A stretch of DNA of 64,000 bases from an uncultured virus (IMG/VR IMGVR_UViG_3300025844_000015) (lineage: Duplodnaviria; Heunggongvirae; Uroviricota; Caudoviricetes): the IMG/VR virus record IMGVR_UViG_3300025844_000015, positions 1 to 64,000 of that record; one strand, given 5' to 3'. The position numbers and the translations under genes are program-made. The notes beneath the pieces are model-generated. The model had not been told where the DNA came from. It did not search any database and saw nothing but the letters and a program-made list of their open reading frames with translations. Below, one piece after another: positions 9,117 through 18,816 of this stretch. Position 1 is the stretch's first letter, and every line of letters begins with the position of its first letter.

Positions 9117-10367
9117 ATGAAAGAACGTATTAACGTAGAATTCAGTACGCGAGTTGTACTCAATGAAATCAACCCGGATACCGGCGAAAAATTGAACCTT
9201 TTAGATAAAAGCAACGCCGTTCATTCTCAAAATATGGCTAGGGTTATTGCTAAAGGTCTGGCCAACGAACCAAACCATTTCATACACAGAATAGCTTTTG
9301 GGAACGGCGGTAGTTTCACTGACGCGGGAGAAGTCACTATATTAAACCCTCCTAATGACGGTACCAGAGGTGACGGTTGGGAATCTAGACTCTACAACGA
9401 GACTTATTCTGAAATAATCGATGAAGGCAACTGGGAGTTAACCGCAGGGGAATATGAATTTTTCGAAAATAGTGAATTTGGTACGGACCCCGGTTCATAT
9501 GGACCGAATTCTACCCGACCGGGTGGTGGCGCTGTTCCTAGTGATGACCCCGGTGGTGGTGGTGTTACTTCTGTAGAAGTGGGACGAAAATCTAACATTG
9601 TTGCCAGAATGTTCATTAATCAAAACGAACCGACCACGCAATTGCCGGGAGTGACAGTAGATAGCACTATTACCGACTCGGAAAAAACTTTTGAATTCGA
9701 TGAACTAGGTTTCTACACACGCGGCCAACCCGCTAGTGCTAGTCCCGCCGAATCCGTCGTGAATGTCAACAATAAGATATCTAGCGACTCAATCCCGGCT
9801 TCTATGTTTGGCAATTTCTACAATTTCAACTACGAAGTACAGGGCCAAGCTCGCACGGTAGAAATAACTATACCCGGCTCCGGTTCTGGTTCTGGTGGAG
9901 AAGTTACCTACGGTGATCTCTGTGAGGGAATAAACACTGGTGCTTGGTTAACTGGTGGCGATACCACAGAGTTGGACAACGATTTGACTGTTTTGATCAC
10001 GGACCAAGAGGGAGGGTCTACGTATTCTACGATTTCTGGGGAAGAGACATTCGGAAATTTGGTATTTAGAAGTGTACTTCAGGGTTCCACTGCAACATTA
10101 CAATTAGAGTGCTCTAATTCTGGTAGTGATTTTCTATTTGCGTTGACCGGCGATTGTACTAAAGTTGATACGTCATTAAGTACCGGGGTTAATGCTGGCG
10201 TACAAAACGATGCGGCAAATCCCGGTAATGAAAGAGAGCGACTACTAACTCATATAACATTTTCGCCTATCCTTAAAAAGGCCAACAGAATAATTGAGAT
10301 TGAATATACCCTAACTGTTAGTGTTTCTCAAACACAAAGCACTTCGACTCGACTGGAAAACGTTTAA
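9117..10367 (+). CDS. Putative virion structural (tail/baseplate-associated) protein
   Basis: TATAAATA at 9082-9089; Gly/Ser/Thr-rich; NAVH..NM...AFGNGG and FDELG...LLTHITFSPILKKANR..IEYTL pattern typical of tail-fibre-collar-like domains. Confidence 0.6.
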   Translation: MKERINVEFSTRVVLNEINPDTGEKLNLLDKSNAVHSQNMARVIAKGLANEPNHFIHRIAFGNGGSFTDAGEVTILNPPNDGTRGDGWESRLYNETYSEIIDEGNWELTAGEYEFFENSEFGTDPGSYGPNSTRPGGGAVPSDDPGGGGVTSVEVGRKSNIVARMFINQNEPTTQLPGVTVDSTITDSEKTFEFDELGFYTRGQPASASPAESVVNVNNKISSDSIPASMFGNFYNFNYEVQGQARTVEITIPGSGSGSGGEVTYGDLCEGINTGAWLTGGDTTELDNDLTVLITDQEGGSTYSTISGEETFGNLVFRSVLQGSTATLQLECSNSGSDFLFALTGDCTKVDTSLSTGVNAGVQNDAANPGNERERLLTHITFSPILKKANRIIEIEYTLTVSVSQTQSTSTRLENV

Positions 10368-11968
10368 CTCTCTTTTCTGGCAGAAGCCGGATAGTGTACA
10401 AACCTGTGATGTGTAATAGGGGATGCCAACAGGCATCCCGCTTTTATGTTCCCCGTCCTAATTTCTTTTTGGGTGTTTGTCATCAACCCGGCCTCATGAG
10501 AAATTTTGTGACCCATGAATACTTTTCGACTACCTTCTTTGGAAAACAAAATGGGCCAGTTGCAATAAAAAAACTCTCCCACCATATAAGGTAATCCCCT
10601 ATAAGAGCCACCGTAAAACATTCTTGTTTTGTCGGCATCTACTTCATCATTCTCTAAATATGTCTGTTTTTCGTTCCCAGAAATATTGTGCCATGTCCAG
10701 TTTTTAAAGTTGTCACCAAAAAACTCACTAAAAGTGAGTTTTAAATAGTCTAACTGGTTTTCTTCTAGAATTGTAGTGGCCTTGTTAAAAAGATCGGAGT
10801 CTTTATTTTTGAAACCAGTTTTGCATATTCCATCTTTCTCGTTCATGACCATATCATCTTCAAAGAAAATCATGTAACGATGCTTTGATTCATTAAAGTG
10901 TTCTGCGGCGAATCTTCTACCACCAGTGATTCCAATGTTATCAAACTTGAACTGGTGAACGTTGTATTTTTCACACAGTTTGGAATAGGCGGAATCGTGC
11001 TTACGATCTGTAGAATTGTTGATCAAATACTTCTTACTCTCTCCGAAGAATCTCTTGAACGTTCTATCAAATATCTCAAACTGCTTTTCGATTTGCTCTG
11101 GTGCGTTAAAGGTTAAAAAGTACAGGGCCATGTCTTCGGATTCTGATATCTCTATCTTTTTGAGGTCTTCAAAGAACTTGTATATCAACCCATTCGGCTC
11201 AATCATCTCTACGTTGAATAAATCCTTGTTTGTGTATGAGATAATAGTGAATACACTTTCCTCCGTCCCCATGTAGCCATTTTCTAGGGTGGTTTGGAGC
11301 ATATGATAATAAACCCCGTTAACTCGCTCTATGGAGGTCTTAGAGCCTCCAAAAAAGCCTCCACGACAAACATACTTCGTATCGGTACCGGCGTATTTGT
11401 CCATTCCTGACTTTTTAAAACCGTGGACCTCGATTTGTCCGTCATACGGGAAAGCCAGATATAGCATTTTATTGTTCTGAACTTTTCGTATTAAACGCTG
11501 TTCGAAATGTGGTTCATCGAAATAACCAAGATTTAAAGTGTTTGAAATTCCAGCATCTATCCAGAAAAAATAGTCCGCGTTGAAATGATTCCATATAGCA
11601 GAATCATTGAGCATGAATTGCTTACTCATTACTAAAGGGTTGTAATTTTCCAATTTTGCTTGTGGACTATTTTCTAACCATCGTGCCTGTTTATACCAAC
11701 TCGGATTGCTTCTAACCTGTTCTATCTGTTTTTTGAAAGAACTTTCTACGGGTTTTATAACAATATGGGTGTTAGATTTATTCCTGTACTTCCAAATAAA
11801 GTCTTCTAATTTTTTTTCACAAAATATCACCAAGTTTATGTCTTTTTCCAGAAGTTTCTTAAAAGAATTTAAATAATGTTCCATATTTCTAGAAAATGAC
11901 TCATTTAATTTGTCTCTTCCTAAATCATAAAGAGCCGTTACGTATGTTATGTTTGGTTTGGTACCCAT
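10364..11968 (-). CDS. Two-domain glycosyltransferase: HtrL/YibB-like N-terminal domain + GT2-like C-terminal domain
   Basis: TYVTALYDLGR, FFWIDAG, GGFFGG and GTEESVF; second half NIGITGGR...MIFFEDDM. Confidence 0.75.
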   Translation of the reverse strand: MGTKPNITYVTALYDLGRDKLNESFSRNMEHYLNSFKKLLEKDINLVIFCEKKLEDFIWKYRNKSNTHIVIKPVESSFKKQIEQVRSNPSWYKQARWLENSPQAKLENYNPLVMSKQFMLNDSAIWNHFNADYFFWIDAGISNTLNLGYFDEPHFEQRLIRKVQNNKMLYLAFPYDGQIEVHGFKKSGMDKYAGTDTKYVCRGGFFGGSKTSIERVNGVYYHMLQTTLENGYMGTEESVFTIISYTNKDLFNVEMIEPNGLIYKFFEDLKKIEISESEDMALYFLTFNAPEQIEKQFEIFDRTFKRFFGESKKYLINNSTDRKHDSAYSKLCEKYNVHQFKFDNIGITGGRRFAAEHFNESKHRYMIFFEDDMVMNEKDGICKTGFKNKDSDLFNKATTILEENQLDYLKLTFSEFFGDNFKNWTWHNISGNEKQTYLENDEVDADKTRMFYGGSYRGLPYMVGEFFYCNWPILFSKEGSRKVFMGHKISHEAGLMTNTQKEIRTGNIKAGCLLASPITHHRFVHYPASARKES

Positions 11969-11970
11969 AA

Positions 11971-12768
11971 TTAGTTCTCTGAATAATAGTTACAACCCAA
12001 TTCCGCCAAAAAAGGACAGCTATCCATTATAGTATCTGACCGCATATTTATTTGATTTGGACTCGGTGACCAGAATCTTTCTACGCTATCTAAATCAGCA
12101 ACCGTACAATATTCTAAAACTTCATCCACATTAGAATCTTCAAATTCTGGCCACACCGAATAGTAATCTTGGAATTTGATGTTATCTCCCATCAAACGAT
12201 TATCATAATGATATGCTATGGCCGGAATTCCATATGCATGTGCAGTAATCAATCCATGTAGGCTAGTACTTATTATTCTCTCGCATAAATTGACCTGATC
12301 TATATAATTTTCGAAATTTTTACCGTAACGGGTACTCGGATCAATTATGTGATAATCTTTTTTTAGCTCTTTAACTTCTTCAACTATTCGATCAAAATGT
12401 ATTTGGTGTGGTATTAAACCTACTTCGTATTTTTTATTTTTGTTACTCGGCTTGTAAAACTTGGACAGTGCTATAGCCGGGTCCCCCAAGGGTACGTCTT
12501 TTCTTATCTTGTTTGCGGAGTGTTTACCCCTAACTAAAAAAAATATTCCATCTGGTTCTACATTTGTCGAAGCACTTATTATTCCGCTACCCCCAACCAT
12601 TGTATTCCGCTTAGTACCAACTCCCAATATGGAGCCTGTGGAAATTACTTTATATTCCTCGTTGTGATCTACTCGTTGAAAGGGTATTCCCATTTTATTA
12701 AGCATATATGGAAAAACACAATCCCCGAAATTAGAACCTGTAACATAGTTGACTTTCAAAACTCTCAT
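11971..12768 (-). CDS. Polysaccharide pyruvyltransferase family protein
   Basis: NFGD, TGSIL, GSGI, VRG, LGDPA, GLIPH, STSLHGLITAHAYGIP and KFQDYY motifs. ATG at 12768 is the preferred start. Confidence 0.88.
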   Translation of the reverse strand: MRVLKVNYVTGSNFGDCVFPYMLNKMGIPFQRVDHNEEYKVISTGSILGVGTKRNTMVGGSGIISASTNVEPDGIFFLVRGKHSANKIRKDVPLGDPAIALSKFYKPSNKNKKYEVGLIPHQIHFDRIVEEVKELKKDYHIIDPSTRYGKNFENYIDQVNLCERIISTSLHGLITAHAYGIPAIAYHYDNRLMGDNIKFQDYYSVWPEFEDSNVDEVLEYCTVADLDSVERFWSPSPNQINMRSDTIMDSCPFLAELGCNYYSEN

Positions 12769-12878
12769 GTTTGTACTTATTACCCCTACAATCGCATATT
12801 GCAATATTCTAGCATGTTTTCCACCCGAGAACACTATTTCAATTGAAGTAGAATTATTTCACCCCAACGTGTTAATTT

Positions 12879-14273
12879 CTAAACATCTTTTTTTACTTTA
12901 CCCAACCAACCCCTGCTTTTACTATGTGGCCACAATGTATAGCTTTTAGGTATTCTGGTAGATACAAATATAAACCGGTAGTCAATCCAACCATTGTCTG
13001 AATTTATGTGTCTTTTAAATTCATTAGAACTTAAATCTTTTCTCTGAATTTCTACTTCACCAGAATCGTGTGCTCCCACATAACAGAAATCTATGTCGTC
13101 TATAAGTTTACCATCCTCAAAACATTTTGGAAACTCGTTTTTATGGACACATATTCTGATGTCGTTGGATCGAGCAAAAGAGTTCTTCCACTCTTCTTCT
13201 GTCTCATACGGGTAATTCACTGGGGGTTCAGTCTGATCTAATGTCGCTTGCTGGACCCCCCGGTATTCGAAGCTAATACCCGCATACTCTTCATATTCTC
13301 GAACAGTTCTTTCTGCCCCGAATCCATACTTTCCAAAATCAATTTGATTAGGGTTTTCTCCATCCATCCCAAATAAGATTTTATTCCTCTTGTGACAAAG
13401 TTCATTCCGCTCTACCCAGTCTTTTTCAATCACACCCGTTTTCTTCATGTCGGTGGTATGATCGTCCCAGACCTTGGTTCTTCCCTTTCGAGTATATTCG
13501 TGCCATGCTACGATTTTATGTGGCGTGTATAGATCATAACCATGAGTGAACGCCCTAGCCGCGATAGATATTTCTTCCCCGTGGAAGAAGTATTCGGGAT
13601 CATGTTGAACATCAACTGCAAAGCTCCCATCCGCAAAGGCAAAATGGCCCGAATAGAATCTAGCCCTGATAGGTTCTTTCTTCTCTTTCCAATCCTTCAT
13701 CTCGGATGGAATGAAGAATACTGGACTCTCTGGGATAAAGCGATCAAAGTTGGTTTGCCACGGAACTTGTACTCTTCCTTCCGGGTCTTTCTCCGGATTA
13801 TAAGAAGGAATGTATCCGGTAAGAACCGGCTTTTTAGAATGTTTTTTGCACTGGTTTAGCATGTTAATTAGAATAGTGTCCCAACCCTCAACGAACCTGT
13901 GATGGGAATCGAGTTGAAGAGTGTAGATTTCATCAACATAGTGTTGTTGTATCATGTGTCTAGCCCAACATGCACCCCGTGCCAAAGTGTAATCAACGTC
14001 AATAAAGTCGATGACTGCACCCCGCAATTCCGTTCTTAGAACATGGAAATCTGTCACAGTTCCGTCAACCTCTGCGTGATGGTATGTTAGTACCTCGGTT
14101 ATCTCTATTCCGGCGTCAAGAAAGTCTTCCGTGGCTTGTTCCTCACCATGCTGCCAGCATACTACTATCTTAAGGTTCTCCGGCCTGTCTGCCTGTTTGG
14201 TTATGTCGATTAGAGTGGGTATTAATTCAGGATCACGATAGCTTGCTATTTGGACGAAGATTGTTTCTTTCAT
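12879..14273 (-). CDS. GT60-like (Skp1-hydroxyproline / polypeptide alpha-GlcNAc transferase family) glycosyltransferase
   Basis: TIFVQIASYRDPEL, ARGACWARH, LQLDSHHRF, FFHGEEI..AARAFTHGYDLY.P, WHEY and G.ERT..EYE motifs; TAAATA at 14298-14303. Confidence 0.85.
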   Translation of the reverse strand: MKETIFVQIASYRDPELIPTLIDITKQADRPENLKIVVCWQHGEEQATEDFLDAGIEITEVLTYHHAEVDGTVTDFHVLRTELRGAVIDFIDVDYTLARGACWARHMIQQHYVDEIYTLQLDSHHRFVEGWDTILINMLNQCKKHSKKPVLTGYIPSYNPEKDPEGRVQVPWQTNFDRFIPESPVFFIPSEMKDWKEKKEPIRARFYSGHFAFADGSFAVDVQHDPEYFFHGEEISIAARAFTHGYDLYTPHKIVAWHEYTRKGRTKVWDDHTTDMKKTGVIEKDWVERNELCHKRNKILFGMDGENPNQIDFGKYGFGAERTVREYEEYAGISFEYRGVQQATLDQTEPPVNYPYETEEEWKNSFARSNDIRICVHKNEFPKCFEDGKLIDDIDFCYVGAHDSGEVEIQRKDLSSNEFKRHINSDNGWIDYRFIFVSTRIPKSYTLWPHSKSRGWLGKVKKDV

Positions 14274-14310
14274 GTCTTGCCTTTACAGTATATTTCTTAT
14301 TTATTTAGGC

Positions 14311-14340
14311 AAAAAAAGAGAGGGCGAAAGCCCTCTCTCT
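14311..14340 (-). terminator. Rho-independent terminator
   Basis: Minus strand GAGAGGGC-TTTC-GCCCTCTC-TTTTTTT downstream of the 14372-14815 gene. Confidence 0.85.
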
Positions 14341-14371
14341 CATCTAACCCCCGAGGCAGTGGAGGTATATT

Positions 14372-14815
14372 TTAGGAGTTAGACGACTTCTTGGGTCTTC
14401 CCGGACTCTTTTTCGAAGTAGAGGTTGAAGCTGAAGCCGCCTCAGTATTTTTGGAAGATTCCTGTACCTTTTGCGGCGGTCTCTGTTGAACTATAGGCCG
14501 ACGCATACCCTGTCTTGCAGAAGAAGGTGGGATGATCTGACCGGACGCCGTTCTAACCTGTACTAACTGGTGGAAATACTCCAGAGCATTAACACCATTT
14601 TTAAGGGTGGTCTGTGCCATCAAATCCCATAGGGGGTATTGGTCCGCGTTTCGCTTAGAAAGAATCTGACGCATTCTACTTCTGTCTATTCTATCAAGAT
14701 CTTCTTCCTTGATGAAGTAAACGTCTCCATTGCTTTCTTCTTCCTTGACGATTACCACGTTGTATCCAATTCCGTTACCATATAGGTCCATAGAAACGTA
14801 ATGTCTGTATTTCAT
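14372..14815 (-). CDS. Hypothetical phage protein with basic C-terminal tail (PGRPKK)
   Basis: AAGGAG RBS, TAAATA at 14868-14873 and a downstream terminator. Confidence 0.85.
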   Translation of the reverse strand: MKYRHYVSMDLYGNGIGYNVVIVKEEESNGDVYFIKEEDLDRIDRSRMRQILSKRNADQYPLWDLMAQTTLKNGVNALEYFHQLVQVRTASGQIIPPSSARQGMRRPIVQQRPPQKVQESSKNTEAASASTSTSKKSPGRPKKSSNS

Positions 14816-14929
14816 GTTCTTTAACTCCTTTTAAATAGTTCCAGTGAACAATTTTGAATTTCACGATTATTTAGTACTTGAAAAAAAGCGTGAAATTTGG
14901 TATACTACTTTTTACATTAGGAGAAATTT

Positions 14930-15385
14930 ATGAAACAAAAAATATACAGAGCCGGGATGATTCCGTTCTTTGTCCAAGAAGATGGGACTGTTTTAATGAA
15001 CTTTATGGTTCCCAGTGATCAAACTTACGGTGGTAGTGATCCTCAGTTTTGCAAAGGTAGAATAGAAAATGGAGAAAACCACGAAGATGCCGCAGTGCGC
15101 GAGGCTGAAGAAGAATTGGGACTAAAAGAAAGTAACGTATTGTGGTATTATTATTTAGGTGAATTCTTGGGAAGAACCCATTTGTACATATGTGAAGTTG
15201 AAGACATCAATGATTTTAATAAGCCACATTATGAAACAGAAAGTACCCATTGGTTGACTTTAGAGCAGTTTCAAGAAATAGGCAGGGTTTTACACAGACC
15301 TATCATCAGAGAAGCTCATTCCGCTTTTGTGCAAATTAAGAAGAACGAAAACTCAGATGAATATGAAGAAATCGAAACCCATTAA
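14930..15385 (+). CDS. Nudix hydrolase (T4 NudE-like)
   Basis: Nudix box KGRIENGENHEDAAVREAEEELG; AGGAG RBS. Confidence 0.92.
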   Translation: MKQKIYRAGMIPFFVQEDGTVLMNFMVPSDQTYGGSDPQFCKGRIENGENHEDAAVREAEEELGLKESNVLWYYYLGEFLGRTHLYICEVEDINDFNKPHYETESTHWLTLEQFQEIGRVLHRPIIREAHSAFVQIKKNENSDEYEEIETH

Positions 15386-16155
15386 TTGAAACTATTAATA
15401 GGTACTTCCACAAGTTCAAGAGACACCTCGGAAAGAAAAGCTCCGGGGTTTCTTATTAAGTACTCGTCGGGTCTTCCACTACCATAAAACTGCTCTCCGT
15501 GAGTGTCGACAACATCCACCCAATCAAAATCTTCATGCATCTCATAAATTTTTAAAACCTTAAAGTCTTCGTCTCGTAAAGTGTTTATGACAGAAATTGT
15601 AGTACCAAAAGCGTACACATTGTAAAACGCTGGATTTGGGTATTGTGCAATATAGAAATATTGTTGTCTTTCTTGTATATGATCTAGCCGATGATTTATT
15701 CTGGTTCCTAGAAAATCGGTCCAAGTAAACCACTCACCAGTCTTTTTGTAATGGATATCTGGTCTCGCGGGGATGTCTTCCGGCTTTTGTCCGGTCTTGC
15801 AGAAAGCATGCCATTGTACCAAGGAGGTAAATCCTAAATGATGGGCGTATGTTTTAGCATCTTCATAGGGTCTAAATTTCTTAGTGCGATACTGTGGAAC
15901 TGATTCGTTGTAGTTTCCCAAATAGTACCCCCACCCCTTCCATTCTTTGAGGTACGCCCTATCCGGTCTCTTGGGTATTCTGGCCGGGGCATGGAACTCA
16001 TACCATTTCAGATAATCTCGAAATGACTGGATGTTTTCTTGGCGAACAAGAGCCACGGCATCCTCAAAAGGCATACATATTTTGGGCCTTCCGGGTGTAC
16101 CCTTCTTCTTTTTCTTTCTGGGTCTTCCCCTAGGATTCTTGGATTTCTTGGGCAT
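15382..16155 (-). CDS. Putative DNA-binding protein with two integrase-repeat-like units and AT-hook-like N-terminus
   Basis: Repeats IPKRPDRAY..EWKGWGYYLG and IPARPDIHY...EWFTWTDFLG; PRGRPRK and PGRPK at the N-terminus. Confidence 0.65.
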   Translation of the reverse strand: MPKKSKNPRGRPRKKKKKGTPGRPKICMPFEDAVALVRQENIQSFRDYLKWYEFHAPARIPKRPDRAYLKEWKGWGYYLGNYNESVPQYRTKKFRPYEDAKTYAHHLGFTSLVQWHAFCKTGQKPEDIPARPDIHYKKTGEWFTWTDFLGTRINHRLDHIQERQQYFYIAQYPNPAFYNVYAFGTTISVINTLRDEDFKVLKIYEMHEDFDWVDVVDTHGEQFYGSGRPDEYLIRNPGAFLSEVSLELVEVPINSFN

Positions 16156-16189
16156 TCAAAATAAATACTACAACTGAGGATATTTATCC

Positions 16190-16645
16190 ATGCAAAAAAT
16201 AACCGATTTCATCTTAGACTTTGCCAAAGCCTTTGATTCTTTGAGGATAATTCCAAGAATCTTGTTATTCATGTATGGCGTCTTAGTATACAACATGTAC
16301 CAGTGGTACAAATCTATTAGTCTTTTTGAAGAAACCCGTTGTGATAACAACATCTTGAAAACGCTAATAGATGCAGAGATAGACCCAGTACAAGCCACAG
16401 AGATGGCCTGTACCGTCATTGCAGTTGTAGGAGGTCCGACCGTCTCGCAAACCAGCTTCGTAACCATTATCGTAGGACTGTCTACTGCCGTCATCGGCCT
16501 TTACCTAAATTCCGGACCCAAATGGAGCTTCACGAAAAGTAAAAGCGATTATTATCAACCAGAATCAGATCAGCGTTCGGTTAGACCCGAAAATGAACAA
16601 AATTGGTTTGGTGGCGGCGAAACCAGAAGAAAAGACGGCGAATAG
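16190..16645 (+). CDS. Two-TM membrane protein, possible holin
   Basis: Hydrophobic segments RILLFMYGVLVYNMY and FVTIIVGLSTAVIGLYL, charged C-terminal tail; TAAATA at 16162-16167. Confidence 0.55.
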   Translation: MQKITDFILDFAKAFDSLRIIPRILLFMYGVLVYNMYQWYKSISLFEETRCDNNILKTLIDAEIDPVQATEMACTVIAVVGGPTVSQTSFVTIIVGLSTAVIGLYLNSGPKWSFTKSKSDYYQPESDQRSVRPENEQNWFGGGETRRKDGE

Positions 16646-16648
16646 ATG

Positions 16649-17611
16649 CTAATACGGTTTATTGGCTAGAGTATCTGTGATTCTGGTCATCGAAGAAATG
16701 ACATTTTTCATGTCGTTTTTTCCCAGATATCTCAAAAAGTATGGTATACTCATTTTTTTCTTAGAACACAGTTCTCGTTCAATTTCATCAAATATCTCTT
16801 CTTTGATTTCATCAGGTTGCGATTCGAGATCCAGTAGCAAACGGTTTTCTTCAAAAAGGTCTCTTACTTTGAACTTCACGTTTGTGTATTCTTCCTTGTG
16901 TTCGTCATAAATGGTTTCCTCAAACTCATGTTCCATCAAATTCTGCATTTTGTAATCATCATAAAAAGCTTCTACGAGTTTTTTTCTTTGAAGCCTCGGA
17001 TAACTAGACCGAACATTGTCTTTGCTGTCACCACGGATGCACTTTTCAAAAATGTATAAGTCGGGGTCATTGTTGAAATCTTTTAGACTTCTTTTTTTTC
17101 CGTTTTTTAGTGGGTTTACAATTTCGACATTTTCGTGTCTGAGAAGTTGGATATAGTCTTTGTCTGAAGAAACCAACTTGAGTTCAACCCCCGGCTGGCC
17201 CCCATAAATTTGACAAACCCCACCCACGAAATCATCGCATTCGATCCCGTCTTTACACAAAACAAACAGTTTAGTGTTATTTCTGAGGGCGGCTGCAAGT
17301 TCGTCTATTTTCTGGTCCAAGTATATTTTAATTTCTTTCTCTTTCTTAGACAATTTTTTTGTACGGTTCTCTTTGTAGACTTTATTGGTTATGGCCGCTG
17401 TTGTCTTTGTATATTTTTTTCTCCAATTTGACAGAGAATCAAAACACAGAATGATCGTGGTTGGTTTATAATTCATTCTCAGATAATTTAGCCGTAAAAT
17501 GAATTGAGATATAGCAAGATCGACAGCCGCCTTTCCACCGTCAAAACCCTTATTGTTGTGAAATTCGATATGTATGAGGTTGTTAGAATCAACCACTAAG
17601 AGACGGTTCAC
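16649..17611 (-). CDS. rnh: RNase H / 5'-3' exonuclease (T4 rnh-like)
   Basis: LLVVDSNN, CFD...WRK...YKENR, ECDD, SSDKDYIQL and IRGDSKDNV motifs. Confidence 0.88.
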   Translation of the reverse strand: MNRLLVVDSNNLIHIEFHNNKGFDGGKAAVDLAISQFILRLNYLRMNYKPTTIILCFDSLSNWRKKYTKTTAAITNKVYKENRTKKLSKKEKEIKIYLDQKIDELAAALRNNTKLFVLCKDGIECDDFVGGVCQIYGGQPGVELKLVSSDKDYIQLLRHENVEIVNPLKNGKKRSLKDFNNDPDLYIFEKCIRGDSKDNVRSSYPRLQRKKLVEAFYDDYKMQNLMEHEFEETIYDEHKEEYTNVKFKVRDLFEENRLLLDLESQPDEIKEEIFDEIERELCSKKKMSIPYFLRYLGKNDMKNVISSMTRITDTLANKPY

Positions 17612-18012
17612 GCGTTCTTGATCCCTTCTAAATCTTCGTGTGACATGACCTCTCCATGCTCCCCAACCAGTTTGGAGAAGTACGCAGAAATTAAATCTTC
17701 CTCAGATTGGGCATTGAACCCCATTCTTCTAAGCTCTTGAATCATAGCCTTGTTCCAATCAAATTTGACTTTGACTCTTCCGTCAGAGGTGAGTTCAGTC
17801 ATAAAGTCCGCCCACGGTTCGTCTGAATCTTTCATGATTCTTTTGTTCTCTTCATACTTCCTGTAACCTTCCATCTGAGAGTTGATGCCTTCCAAAATGT
17901 CACTCATTTCGCCGAAATTGGATTCGAGTTCTTGTGTCATGCATATTAAATCTGTTTCTAGTGCTTCGATTTTCTCTTCTAGTGCTTCGATTTTCTTTTT
18001 ATTACCAAACAT
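17608..18012 (-). CDS. Hypothetical protein with N-terminal coiled coil
   Basis: 134-aa ORF coupled to rnh; AAGGTG RBS. Confidence 0.8.
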   Translation of the reverse strand: MFGNKKKIEALEEKIEALETDLICMTQELESNFGEMSDILEGINSQMEGYRKYEENKRIMKDSDEPWADFMTELTSDGRVKVKFDWNKAMIQELRRMGFNAQSEEDLISAYFSKLVGEHGEVMSHEDLEGIKNA

Positions 18013-18032
18013 AATTATTCACCTTTGTAATT

Positions 18033-18773
18033 TTAGTCTACGCCCGGAAATATGTATACGCTCAACCCGGATATGTTCAAACACATGACACCTTTCCTAG
18101 AAATTCTTATTTCTGATTCTTGACTTACTGCTTGTGTGAGTAAGGGAATAAGAATTTTGAATATGTACGAGAATTTCATTTCTTCTTCCGCATCATCGTT
18201 TAACACATTTAATTCTGCATCCAGTTCTTTTTTTAGAACATCACCCTCTACGTCTACTATACGAACGGAAATGGTTTCTCCGTCTTCCGACGAAACCTCA
18301 AAATGATCCGCACCCATTGCACTCAAACCTCTTTTCAAAATGGCAAGTTCCTCTTTATCCAAGGTAAATTGATAGTCAATTGGGTCGTTAAACTTTTTGG
18401 GCCACCGGTTTCGTGCAACGATAGAAGGATTACCACAGCGAACTTCTACCGAAGTCTTACCACCTTTCAAAATTGCCTTTGTAACAAAATGATCGCCAGC
18501 GTCATTTTCTTTGGTTTCCACAAAAATGTCAAAGTCTATATTAGAGGCTTCGAACATCTTTATTCTAGGTGCAAAGGAATCTACTCTATTCATAAACATT
18601 TCGTCAAATTCCAAATAATCAAAGTCTCCCGGCTCGATAACATAGACCGCAAAATCATCTTGTTTTGCTCTTATGCCTTTTTTATCGATCATTACCGCTT
18701 CGATCTTTACCATATTACAGTATTTGGCGGCAGCGACAACAATGTTCTTGCTGTCTTCTGATAATTTTATCAT
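18033..18773 (-). CDS. Probable DNA polymerase sliding clamp (gp45-like)
   Basis: 246 aa, acidic, alternating alpha/beta pattern, located between the polymerase and RNase H. Assigned by size and context. Confidence 0.6.
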   Translation of the reverse strand: MIKLSEDSKNIVVAAAKYCNMVKIEAVMIDKKGIRAKQDDFAVYVIEPGDFDYLEFDEMFMNRVDSFAPRIKMFEASNIDFDIFVETKENDAGDHFVTKAILKGGKTSVEVRCGNPSIVARNRWPKKFNDPIDYQFTLDKEELAILKRGLSAMGADHFEVSSEDGETISVRIVDVEGDVLKKELDAELNVLNDDAEEEMKFSYIFKILIPLLTQAVSQESEIRISRKGVMCLNISGLSVYIFPGVD

Positions 18774-18816
18774 CCATTATTTCCTTAATGTTTCTTAAAG
18801 TATAATACCTTGTGAT

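Noticed and set aside
12769..12860. NSTSIEIVFSGG in frame upstream of the pyruvyltransferase resembling SNELEIVFSGS in the 4439 protein
   Set aside because: Match too short to separate from chance.
6083..14273. Glycosyltransferases as a DNA hypermodification pathway
   Set aside because: ThyA looks canonical (PPCH, YNIASY), no hydroxymethylase or nucleotide kinase is seen in the window, and the operons have late promoters beside structural genes; disfavoured but not fully excluded.
17957..17996. Short direct repeats (KIEALE twice; EYVL twice near 23915-23942)
   Set aside because: Small in-frame coding duplications with no sign of a separate function.
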